NCBI RefSeq assembly: GCF_030684315.1
Contig: NC_081379.1
Span: 43,543,404-43,607,403, forward strand
Source: Stegostoma tigrinum
Taxonomy: Eukaryota
Direction: 5' to 3'
Length of the DNA: 64,000 nt
The notes under the pieces are model-generated. The model searched no databases. It was not told where the DNA came from and saw only the letters and a program-made list of their open reading frames with translations. Below, piece after piece: positions 13,623 to 26,094 of this stretch. The position numbers and the translations under genes are program-made. Numbering within the stretch: position 1 is the stretch's first letter; each line of letters opens with the position of its first letter.

Positions 13623-14510
13623 ATAAAGAAAGAACAGGTTTTATTCTCTGATTAGCAATAGTGAACAATGATTCAATGGGTGTAATTAGCATAATTTGAA
13701 AAATAACCTGGAAGTACTTCGCTCAATAATAACAAAAAAAGTGCGGATGCCGGAACCAGGAACACAAACAGAAGTTGCTGGAGAATTCAGCAGGAGGGAA
13801 AGTAGAGTTAATGTTTAGGGTCCAGTGTGTCTTCTTTAGAACTCATGTTTGTGCAAAAGGAGAGATAGAAACACATAGAGAGAAATGGAAAAACAGAGAC
13901 CCAGAGCGATAGATAAAAAAAGGGTAAACATGGACACCTCTCTTAATTCCTGATGCATTTGAGAGATATTAATATGAGATCGAGTGCAGTGATCACTAAG
14001 AGCTTCTTTAATATTCAAAGTAGTACCAAAGAATTCAGGTCAAGCATTCGGGAATACAAAAGCAGAAATTGCTAGAGAAACTCACCGGGTGTGGCAACAT
14101 CTCTGGAAAGAGAAAGCAGTGTCAATGTTTCTAGTCCAGTAGCCCTTCTTCAGAAAACCAACTCTTATTTTTCTAGCTGCCACATCAGCTGTATTTCCTG
14201 CTTACGTTTCAGATCTCCAGCGACGGTAGTTATTTGTTTTAGTCGAGAATACATGGTCTTCTGATTGTTTCTAGGAGAAAACCTTCCTCTGCGTGCCTCG
14301 TGTAACGAATTATTTGACCTGGATTGATTCTGGATTAATTTGCACATGGCTCATTTGCTCCTGACTTCAACGTCATCAACTGCCTTTCGTAAAAATAAAA
14401 TGAGATTTAAAAGTGGACGATAATCGTTCTTTAATAGGGTGTGTAAAATATCTAAAGGCGCTAAATTTGAGGAAGAATGTCAAGATCAATACTTATCCTA
14501 CAACCAAGAT

Positions 14511-14625
14511 CTGAAGGGTCTAGGCCCGAAACGTCAGCTTTCCTGCTCCTCTGATGCTGCTTGGCCTGCTGTGTTCATCCAGCTCCACACCTTGTTATGC
14601 ATCTGCAGCTCCTATTATCTCGGAT
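14511..14625 (+). mobile_element. Penelope-like terminal fragment
   Basis: gaagggtctaggcccgaaacgtcagc...gcatctgcagctcctattatctc matches the family terminus. Confidence 0.75.
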
Positions 14626-16379
14626 GCAACTTATAGGAATTTGACTTGCCAGAATTGGTCGCCAAGCGCCTTAAGCTACTATAATTTTAAAAGCACCCAA
14701 TCTGCCCAGAGGCAATTCTCGGAGGCCATGAGAGGCGATATATAAATGTAAGCAATAAATGACGAGCAACAAACACATTTTCTTCCTTAAATCTGGCCAA
14801 AGCGAAATGGACATTCTATTCCTTTGGGTGTGTCATGTCAATAGAGACGTGATGCAGTTAAACAGAATCAAAATGCATTTCCAACTATTTTAAATAATAA
14901 TACGTCCGAACCATAGTAGGTGCACTGAAACGGTAGTGCCGCGTATTTTCCCTCCTTGTCGTTAATATTGTCATATTATTCAAGCTAAAGGCCGTTTTAC
15001 TGCTCTGTTTATATGTTTCGTCCTCGAGCTCTTTTGCAAAGGCATGTGAGTCAATGCTTGCAGGTAAACTTCAGAATTGAAACGCTGGTTTGCTATTGTT
15101 AATCGCCATTCTTTCCTTCTGTAGGCATATTTCTTAACTCTATATAATGAAATGTGTGATTGTGAAGGAAGGAGTTTCACTGTGGTCTATGAAGAATATC
15201 TGTTTTAGTTTTGTCTGATAGATGTTGACGTGCTTAGTAGCAGGCTCGAAGGGTCGAATGGCCCATCCCTGCTCCTATCTATATGTTACTATGCTGTCAA
15301 ATCGATAGTAAAGTGTGACCACTGCTGAAACCTGAGCCAACAACATGGATTAATATTGACCCAAATCTTACCAAGACCATCCTAATCAACATTGTGGCTT
15401 TAATAGTCAGACAGAAGCTGGCAATGTTGTGATGAGTAAGTCAGCCTCTCACTTCCAAAACCCTTATCTACCATCTGAAAGGCACAGGTCAAGAATATGA
15501 CGGAACACTCTCTAGTTGCCTGGATGGGTGCAGCTCCAACAACGCTCAATAAGCTTGGCACCATCCAGGACAAAGCAGCCCCGTGTTACCTTAAAAGTTG
15601 TGTCCAACAGTGGTAGCATGAACCCTTTTTCTTTTCACGGCACCGTCCGAACCCATGTTCTCTACCACCGACCTCCCACAAGGGCAGTGGATACATTGTA
15701 GCTCCAACACCTGCAAATTCCCCTCCACTGTTCTGACTTGTAACGATACCGCTGCTCCTTCATCGTTCCTGGTTCAAATGCATGCAGCTCCATTTTAACA
15801 GCGCTGCGGAGCGCTGCACAACACGTGGACAGCCGTGAGTCAAGAACATTGAGAGACGAGCAACAAGCACAGCGTCAGTAACGCTCACATCCTGCAAAAG
15901 AATCGAAAGAAGCCAAGCGTCTGGCAAATCGATCCATGAACTGCGATTAAACCCATTCATCCTCGCCAAGATTGAGGGCAACGTGAGGAAAGACCTTATA
16001 TTTATGTAGCGCCTTCTCCCGGCCTCGGAGAGTTGTCTCGTGGCAGCATTTGGCAGCAAAGTTGGGCGCAGCAAGATCCTACGCATTATCCCGTTATTAC
16101 GACCAATATTTTATTGACATCGGTTGAGTGATAATTGTTCTCGACGCTCGTTTTCGAAATATGGCCATTGCGCTTTTTTGTGTGTGTTGAAGGCTGCATT
16201 TAATCCTCTCAAGTACTTTCTACCCCAGCACTTGGAGTGGGACTTCAGCGCTCACTACCTGATTCAGAGCTGTTAAAGCTACTGTCCGGTAAGGAGCTTC
16301 ATTATACCTGCGTGTGATGTGTGTGGTACGAATGCGCTGATTTTTAAAAAAATAATGATCACAATCCGGTTCATTACAG

Positions 16380-16714
16380 CCCGGGAAGCGACTCGCCCTT
16401 CGGTATCACTTCTTGCGCTATCGCCCGATCAGATCTCCGCAGAAAGCCAGGCGACCCTGGTGTATTTGGTGAATAATTTCTTCCCCGGCTCGTTGGAGGC
16501 TTCATGGACTGTGTAAGGCCAGACCACGGACGGTGGTGTCCAGACAACTCGGTTGGTGCGGGACACCGACGAGGCCTACAGCGTGAGCAGTTACCTGACC
16601 CTGACCCTGACGGCCTCCCAGTGGAACACACATAAAGTCTACACCTGCGGCGTTAGACATGAGTCTCTTGGATCTCAGCTCAAGCAAAGTATCAATAGAT
16701 CAGGCTGCGAGTGA
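16380..16714 (+). pseudogene. Ig light-chain constant exon, pseudogene (C of cluster 1)
   Basis: Acceptor TTACAG at 16374-16379; REATRPSVSLLALSPDQISAESQATLVY (first Cys changed to Tyr), in-frame TAA at 16514-16516, a 6-nt CTGACC duplication, ends SINRSGCE-stop; AATAAA at 16875-16880. Highly similar to 31714-32042. Confidence 0.93.
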
Positions 16715-18959
16715 AAGCGCAGGATGAGACCACTTGCTGCAAGCTGTTATCCACAGCATTTACGCGCTAAGGCGGGTTTAGTTATTCGCGTCCGGCCCAT
16801 GGTAGTGATTTATATATATTCACATTATGGAAGGAACGTCTACCCAAGTAAATGCGACATGGAAGCATTTGTTTAATAAATGATGCTGTTCATTTATGAG
16901 ATGCATTATCTTTTGTAAGTGCGCATCTGTGGATAGCAATTGAATTTAATACAGATGTTTTTTTTAAATAGTTATGTGAATGTCTTGCCCTATTGAATCT
17001 TATGTTTCGCATCATTCCACTTTCCCGACTGTCTACCTTAGCAACCTCTCCACCCCAACACCTTTAACTCCCCAAAACATCAAAAATCTAACAATATACA
17101 GACCCCATTGCATTTCTGTAATTAGTTTGCACAAGTAGAAATATGGAATATTTTAAAAATCCTAGCCCTTGTTATTAAACACAATGACGTTTAAGGTCAC
17201 TTTTGTTTAAAAAAATAACTTAAGAAACGTGCTTGCATTTTACACTTTTCGCTTCAGTCCAAAGTGATATATCACAGCATTTACAAACTCTGCACAGAAA
17301 GTTCATACAATAGAGCGCACTTAACACACATATATTTTCGTGATTTGCTGCTTTAAACCATTTTACCCACCAAAATGAAAATAACTACTTGGGGCTACAT
17401 TTTCCTAGGTGCATTAGTAGAAATTTTCACTTTACGTTAATTCGGAGGTGGGATTGGCCCAAAGAGCGGAGAGCCGAAATATTTCCGATTTTTTGACGTC
17501 TGTAAGGAAAGGAAGGAGTAACTTGTATTTGTAAAAGTATCAGCAGATTAGCTGTCTGCCTATGGCTTGTATTGAAATGACTGCCATTTCTCAGAAATTG
17601 GACAATGGCTCGAAAAGACCTTGCCCCTGAAATGGCTCCCTAATTTGAGCTTGAATTTCCTGTCTTTCCTGCGTGGAATACACCGATGTTGACAGGAATG
17701 CGGTTTTTCATTTGTGCATTATGCCCGATACTACGATGACACCAAAATTCCAAGGGGAATGCATACGCACGGCTTGGAGAAAATAATTCGTCGTATTTCC
17801 AGACAGCGGCTGAAAATGCTTCTGCCTGCATTTCATGCTACCTTTCAGGTTCAACAGTGTAGGGTCAAGCTTTTGTCGCAATTGACAATAATTTCCGCAT
17901 TATCCACTGCGCTCGACACTATCAATATTGTATCCCATTGAAAGGAGTGCCTCATCGGAAATTCACAGTAAGTTTCAGGCGCGCCTGGTCAAAGTGGCAT
18001 AATTTTGCGGGAGGGGGCAAGTACGAAACGGAAAAACTGTGGCGGGATACAGATTCAAAGTTTAAGGGATATGCTCCTGATACCGTGGCCGCCAGCGATA
18101 GGGTGAAGGAAGTGTGGGATGCACAAAAGCCCTGATTTGAAGAGCACAGAACACGCCCTATAATTTCTACCGACTTCGTAAAATTGTACTTGCACCTTCA
18201 TACTTGCACAGAAGTATAAGAATATAGGTACGATTTGACGTAGGCTATACAGCGCCTCCAGGGTGCTGCACCCCAAATAATAAGATCATACCTGATCTTT
18301 ATCATCGAATCAACTTTTCTACCTGATTCCCATGTCCCTTGATTTTCCTAATTTCCTAAAAAAAATCCAACGGTTTCAGCTGCAAAGACTCAACGCACGG
18401 CTGCCTGTTGGGATAAAGAATTCCAAGCAGTCCAAACTGTGTGAATTAATTTCTCCTTATTACCCTTCGATTTTCAGAATCCTTTCTTCAAACCGTAAGT
18501 ATTTGGGAGAAACAATGTTGCGGCCCCCGCTCTGTAATGACACCTCTAAGAAGGCTTTACATTTCAACAACTTTGTCTCTCATTTCCATAAAGTTCAAGA
18601 AGTGTAGATCCATTAGACTCAGTCTCTCCCCATAAAAAATAGCTCTTCATCCAAGAAATCAGTCCAGGTGGATGTTTTTAATCCCTGCCATGTCAACTGA
18701 ACATTAGGCAGGAATATTAAAACTGTAATTTGCACTCCAGATATGTTCTCACCGAAGCATTAAATAATTGTAGAAAATTTCTTTGTTCCTATACTGCAAC
18801 TCTGTGTTTGTGCTTTATACAGGTTCAGAATAACTTATGTGCTTTTGCAATCTATGCCTGGTTTTTGGTCCTGGATCCTGAATGTCTTGATAACCTGTTT
18901 TCCAACCAGTCTACCAGATTTAATGCTTTGTGTACACTCACGGATTCTTCTGCTCCCTT

Positions 18960-19907
18960 TGAGATGTTATTGGGATAACATCCGATTGATTTCTATATTC
19001 TCTGTAAATTAATGCTTTTTATCTGCTTACACAGAGGTATACAGACACTGCCTTATAACTAAGAACCAAAAGAACTGCGGATGCAGGAAAGCAGGAACCA
19101 AAACAAAATTGCTGGAAAAGCTCAGCAGGTCTGGCAGCATCTTTGGAGGAGAAAACGGAGTTAACTTTTCGGGTCCGGTGACCCTTCCCCAGAACACTGC
19201 CTTATGCCACTGCCTTATAACTTTCTGCCTGATTAGAATTAGGTGTAAAACTTTGTGAATCATTATCTTCCTACACCTAGGTAGAAAGACACTGCCTTAA
19301 GCTTCCAGCCTGAATAGAATTAGGTGTAAAACTTTGTAAGTCTTCATCTTCCTGCACAGGGGTATGTGGAAACTGTCTCAAATAAGATTAGGTGGACAGC
19401 GTTTGTAAAGGTGTGAGACTTCTGAGATCCTGCAAATAATGTAACTTCTGTTTCTGCTAAAGGGGTCGGGGAACTGACTTTTGTTCAAGCCAGACACTTT
19501 GCCGGCTGGAAATTACATTCTGTCACTTCAGCAATTTGAAATCGCCTCCTGCCGTTTGCAGCCACTTCACGAACAATCAATACTGTAATCCTGCTCTCTT
19601 TCTGTTTTTGATGTAGTGATTGTTTGTGTGTCATGTCCTTGTCCAATGTAGTGATTGTTTCATGTAACATGCCATTGTGAGGTGTAAAATTGCTTCATGT
19701 ATTATGCACTCGATAAGGTATAAAAAGCAGGGACTGTCCGCTGCTCGGGGAGAATCGCTTACGAGACTCTGCGCTCTGTGCCGGGTTGACTACAGTGATC
19801 CTCCACAGCTTGCACTTGCTTTGTAATAAAGGATTTGTGTTTTTCTAAACAGGCCAGTGTCTTGTCATTGCATCAATCCGTGAGGGTCTCCGAAAACGAA
19901 CCTGACA
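18960..19907 (+). mobile_element. Solo LTR (TG...CA) with internal tandem repeats
   Basis: Starts TGAGATGTT and ends AACCTGACA; TATAAAAA at 19719, AATAAA at 19825; repeated ACACTGCCTTA...GAATTAGGTGTAAAACTTTGT units; flanks CCTT/CCGT. A second copy of the 5' end begins at about 63898. Confidence 0.7.
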
Positions 19908-22900
19908 CCGTGTCCCTTTTAGAATTGTATCTTATATAGAGCACTGCCTCTGTTCATTTCTCTTACAAAATATGTCACCATGCATTTGTCTACATTAATT
20001 TTAATCCATCTTACGTCTGTCCATTCTACCCCTGTCTATCTCCTTTTGTAGTCGGCTACTCCCATCAGTTTACATTACGCTCAACTTTTGTTTCTAAAGT
20101 AATGAAACTATAGCCTGCAAACCTATTTTAGTTGACAAATCAAGAGGCGCAGCAGTTCCAATACTGACAACTGAGGAACGCCATCACCCACCTTGCTTCA
20201 GACGGAACAAGAACCGTTCAGCATCATTCTCCACTTCTGCCAGTCAGGCAACTCCGTATCCACCCATAACGTATCTCCTGTTGTACCATAGGTTTTAATT
20301 TGTTGATACACCCACTGCATGGAACTTTAGCAAATGTGTTTTTGAAATCTATATATAGTACAATAACCATATTACACTCACGAACCCGCTGAACTGGATT
20401 ATGTCTGCCCATTGCCAATAGCCTGCATTCACAAAGATTGGAAAATGGTGTGGTAAGGTGTTAGGAGAAGTACCCAGTATCTTCTAGCTGCCCAAGGCAT
20501 TTTCCAACAGAAGTGAAGTTGGAAAATGGCCATTCGAGCCATTTGATTGACTTGGCTGCAGGATCATTTTGCATGCATTATATGAGTTTGTGGATACAAG
20601 TGGAAATCACCCAGAGAAATGTGGTGAAGTGGATCCTTGTATTTTCCAGGAGCGGGGTCCTCCTTCATGGATGACCTGGCCCTCAAAGTCACCTCATCCC
20701 CACATTCAAATGAAATATCTACTGCTACGCTAGTATTCATCTTTGATTTCAAATTGTCTCATCCTCATCCCTTTCCCATTGACAATTCTGTTCAATACAT
20801 ATCTGGAATTAAGAGTGTAATGATGACCGTGAATCCATTGTTGATTGTTGGAAAAACCCATCTGGTTCACTAATGTCCTTTAGGGAAAGAAACTGCCATC
20901 TTTATCTGCTCTGGCCTACATGTGACTCCAGACCCACAACAATATGGTTGACTCTTAACTTAGGGATGACCAATAAATGCTGGCCCAGCCAGCGATACCC
21001 TGCATCCCATGAATGAATGGGAAAATAAAACTTGTCAGTCATTTCTTTTAACTCTGGCTTATTCCTTGGTCATTTTCACACCTGGCCTAAATGATTTATT
21101 TGCTGTTCCCTAAGTACTTCTAGATGGATGTCCTTTGATCCACTTCACCAATCTCATTCCCAGATATATTATTGGTTTGGAACCATCTTGACCTAGAAAA
21201 ATACCCTAAAATGTGCATCAGAAATTGTTTCCCCTTCCTGTCCTATCCGTTACGGCCATCCACCATATAGGATTATTTTAAAAATTGCATGATAACTGCT
21301 CAATAGTTTTGTGCCTGCCATTAGTTTACTCACAATTTTGTTTCTCTATATCCTATGCACTTGTTTGTAGGGCGTAGGGGACGCACTTGATACAGTAAAG
21401 GTACCTAGTAGCATAATGTTACCTCTATAGTTCTTTAACTCTAACCAGATAGATTCTGTCCTTGAGTGTACTGGGATGCTTTATTTGTCCAGCAGACTGA
21501 TAGTTTCCTTAATCAATGCCATCTCCCCTACTACATGCCCCTTCAACATCTTTCCTGAACACTTTGAATCTAGGAATATTTAGTAATCAACGTTACACTA
21601 CTTCCAACTGGGTATCTGTTAGAATTGCAGAACATTAAATTATTCAAAATATTCCATGGGTTCACATACATCAATTATAAATCTCTAATAGACATTACTA
21701 TATTTACTCTTAGCCTAACTCCACCTAATGACTTAATATTTCTTCCTCAACTTCTTTCTGTCTTTCCCAAACCTATATGTACTCGATTTTCCATTGTAAT
21801 ATTAACTTCTCATTCATACCCCTCTGTGTAGTTAGCTTTAACTCTCCCCAGTAGCAAACCACCTCTGAAGAACAACGGCTTTTTAAGATATCCAGCCCCT
21901 TGAGGTACAATATCCACCAAAATTAACACAAGTTGCTCAAAAGTCTAAAGCCCTTCCTCTGAATTTATGTTTCCAACCATGTATTCATCTGCTTTATCCT
22001 TCTCTTCCTACATTCACTAACGTATGACATTGGGAAATTAATACATTCGTCTGCTTGATATACCTCTTCCTAGCTCACCAAAATCTGCTTGCATGACCTA
22101 CTTCATCTTTCTACTTTGTGTTTTGCTTGGTTCTGGAATAGACCAGGACTGTGGACTGTCTATCTGTCCCAAACCCCTTCAGTGCACTCTGCAGATGCTC
22201 AATGCTCTCATTAACCTCGCAACCAGAAAACATTGGGATCCCTATCACTTTGCTTTTCCAATTTTACTACCATTTCTAGGCCTTTCATAACACCATGGAG
22301 TTTTCTCTAGTTTCACTTATTCCAAAAATGATTGGTCATGATTACAAATGAATACTATCTGGAGAGGGAGATGCACTCAGGGAAATCTCATACACCCTGC
22401 TTTGTCCTGCAACTCTGTCTAGTGATCAACATTTACCTCTCTTTGCGCACATCCTTGTGCTGTCCATATACAGAAGTGCTCCATTAATCGAATATGCAGT
22501 CTTGCAGATGCTTTGCAATGTCACTACTTTTTAAATCTATGACACATGATTAATGTGGCTGGCAAGGCCAACAACTTTTGCTCATCACTAATTACGACTA
22601 ATAAGGTAATGGTGAAAGAAGTTCTTGAATTACTGCTGTCCATCTGGCAGAGAGACACTTGCAAAGCTGTTAAGGAGCCAACAACAGTGACGGAACAGCA
22701 ATATGTCCCAACTCAGGATGGCGTATGAATTGTAGAAAAACTTGAGTGTAATGGTGTTCCCATGCATCCACTGCCCACGCGCCTGGTAAAGTTTGAGATA
22801 TGAAATTTGGTGCCATTGCGGATTTGAAATTTACTGCCGAAGCAGATATGTCATTTTGCTGCAGTGTACCATGAATATATTATACACTGCTACCACTGTG

Positions 22901-25562
22901 CATCAGTGGTGGAGGGACTAAATATTTAGGAGGGCAGGTGAAGTGCTAATCAATAGGGTTGCTTTGTCTTTGATTATGTTGAGTTTCCTGAGTGTAACTT
23001 GAGCAGCACTCATTCTGCTGTGTGGGTCTATTCCATCACACTTCAAACTTCAGCCTTACAGATGGTGGCAAACTTTGATCAATGAGGAGGTGAACATTTG
23101 ATCTGCAGTTGTTATGACAATATTTACATGGTAAGCCCAGTTAAGCTTCTGCTCAATTGCAACACCTAATGGGTTGATAGTGGGGAATACAAGAATGGAT
23201 ATAATGCTTAACATTAAGGGGAAATGATTGGATTCTCTCCTATTGGTGATGGTCACTGGTGGAAATTACTTTGGGAAAATGTTATTTACTGCTTATCTAT
23301 AGAAGCTTCAATATTGTCCAGAACTTGCTACACATGGTCAAGGGCCGGTTCACTATCTTCCCAGGACTAAATATCGCACTTGGTGATGTAATTGCTACTT
23401 TGCTAGCATAGTTTAGTAACCCAGAGACGAAAATTAATACTCAGGGGACAAGGATTAAAATCCTACATCCGGTGAAATTTAAATTTAATTAGTAATACTG
23501 GAATTAAAAATTAGTGTTGGAAATAGTTGCATGAAGGAAGCAAAACATCTTAAAAACTTATCTAGTTCACAAATTATGTTTAGGGGAGAAGATCTATTGC
23601 CCTTATTGGTCATTCCTACAGGCAATTCCAGAACCGGAGCAATGAGATTAACTTTAACTGCCCTCTGAAATATGGCGAAAAGCCAATCATTTGTGATCGG
23701 GTTACGAGGATCTATTGCACAGCAAACTGCTACACAAAAATTGAAAAGTAATAAAACTGAATAGACTACACAGCATTTGGCAAGGCATCCAAAACAAAAT
23801 GACATACAATCCACAACAACTCTGCAATGTCAGCCTTATAACCACTAGAGGAATTACTATATAAGTGTAAGATGTGCTTTAAAGACTGGTCCAGCAAAAG
23901 TACCACGCACCATTATTATTACTCCTGGGCCTGTCCTGTCCCAGCAGTAGGACGTATTGATAGGTATGGTGGCACAGAGGTATACATTCGAGAAGGAGAT
24001 ACTCCGGGTGTTCTAACACATTGACTGTGAACCTCATGAAGACGCATACCATCAGATCAAACATGGACAACAAATTTCCAGCTGACTACAGTGCACCATA
24101 CTCCCTTGGCTGTGGAATCAGTACGCTTACATGTTGAACAGCACTCGGAAAGAAGCAGCGAAGGTAGCAAGGCCACAGAATGTTTTCTGGCTGGCTGATT
24201 TCAAAATCCTTCAAGTGGCTTCGTAGAACCACTATTGACGAAGCTGGCCGAGTGCCAGCCTGAATCTGCGGCATATGGAAAGGAAGGTAACAGGAAGGAA
24301 AATCTACCTCACTGTGCTCTCACCAATCTACGTATCACTGATACATTTGTTCATGAAACAGCTGGTAGGAGTGATCGGCAGATGGCCATTGTGGAGACAA
24401 TATCATATTTATACACTGAGAATGTAGAGTAACGTGTTGCGTTCAGTACGCTAAACTGGATGAAAAAAAGTCACTTTAAATCAGAATTTTAATGGAGAGT
24501 GCTGCGGAAATTGCATCGAAGTGTGATGAGAAAAGTAATTACAGATCTGAGGGCTTTGATAACGGAAGGGTTGGCTGCCGTTAGTGGAAGAAAGTGCAGG
24601 TAGAAAAGACGTTTATTGAGCTTTCTGTACAACAGAATTTGAGATTCACGTTGCTAATGTCAGCACATCCTGAAATGCCCTTGGTAACCGATGGGGGGGC
24701 TGCTCACTGTTTCCATTTGCTCTCATATATTTATACATTCACGGTACGGACAAACCTGTTGGCTTTTCACTTTTGATTTTTGTTGAAGTTATTAATGGCT
24801 GCTTATGTGATCGGTGAAAATTTAATTTCTCGATATGCTGGTATAAAAATTTGCCTAAATAATGAATAACTGCCGACCTGAATTTTGCAGCCAGCGGGAG
24901 AAGTATTTGCCATTCACGTGCTTACAGCAGCACGCAGAGAACCTTTGCACGTATTTGGCTGTGCGCCCGATACAGCACGTGGAGCCTATGAGGATCTATG
25001 ATACGTTTTGAGCAGGAAAGGACATAATATCTCTTCGTTCAATCAAAGTGCCGAGTCCCTACCGAGATACGGGATGGAATTGTATCAACATTTTTTTTAG
25101 TGAAAGGGGAGACCTTCTGAGTGTAATGGGTCTTCGAAATTAATCCTGTGGAGTTAACCCAATTAAGAAGCCACCTGCAGGATCGGAGGCCATCTAAGAG
25201 TTGGATGAAAGGTCCAAAGCTTAAATGAGTGTGATGTACTTAACGGAGGGAGATGTGGTTTAAAGATAACAAGTCTCCCATTTAAGACATAATTGTCCAC
25301 AAAGAGTGTTATAAGCTATGTAATTAAATATTTCGAGGTAGAGGTAAACAGATTCTTGACTAACAAAGGAGTTAATGGTTATCTGAGAAAGGTGGGAACG
25401 TGAACTTGGGACCATAGTCAGATCAGCCATGATCTACTGAAAAATAGATTTGGCTAGAGGGCTTGACTGGTCTATCCCAGATTCTAATTTGTATGGTAAT
25501 GTGACATTATTGAAAACTTCTGTGATGATTTATTTCTACACAGCTAGAAAAGATTATAAAGA

Positions 25563-26094
25563 CCCTGCAGCCATATGGTATCAATGTGGACTTCACCAGT
25601 TTCAAAATCTCCCCTTCCCCTACTGCATCCCTAAACCAGCCCAATTCGTCCCCTCCCCCCACTGCACCACACAACCAGCCCAGCTCTTCCCCCCCACCCA
25701 CTGCATCCCAAAACCAGTCCAACCTGTCTCTGCCTCCCTAACCGGTTCTTCCTCTCACCCATCCCTTCCTCCCACCCCAAGCCGCACCCCCAGCTACCTA
25801 CTAACCTCATCCCACCTCCTTGACCTGTCCGTCTTCCCTGGACCGACCTATCCCCTCCCTACCTCCCCACCTACACTCTCTCCACCTATCTTCTTTACTC
25901 TCCATCTTCGGTCCGCCTCCCCCTCTCTCCCTATTTATTCCAGTTCCCTCTCCCCATCCCCCTCTCTGATGAAGGGTCTAGGCCCGAAACGTCAGCTTTT
26001 GTGCTCCTGAGATGCTGCTTGGCCTGCTGTGTTCATCCAGCCTCACATTTTATTATCTTGGAATTCTCCAGCATCTGCAGTTCCCATTATCTCT
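25563..26094 (+). mobile_element. Penelope-like element, 5'-truncated (GIY-YIG C-terminus, pyrimidine-rich 3' region, hammerhead, tail)
   Basis: TLQPYGINVDFTSF coding remnant; hammerhead core at 25966-25993; TSD TAGAAAAGATTAT at 25545-25557 and 26095-26107. Confidence 0.9.

Noticed and set aside
19030-19400. CRISPR-like or satellite array
   Set aside because: Imperfect tandem repeats inside an LTR in eukaryotic DNA; no unique spacers and no cas genes.
24890-24990. E-box cluster (CACGTG twice) as an Ig enhancer
   Set aside because: Motifs are too short and there is no paralogous conservation in the window to support it.
25450-26010. Pro/Ser-rich ORFs (also 32486-33271, 44847-45285, 50623-51370) as host genes
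   Set aside because: They are alternative-frame read-throughs of the low-complexity PLE 3' region, repeated in each copy.
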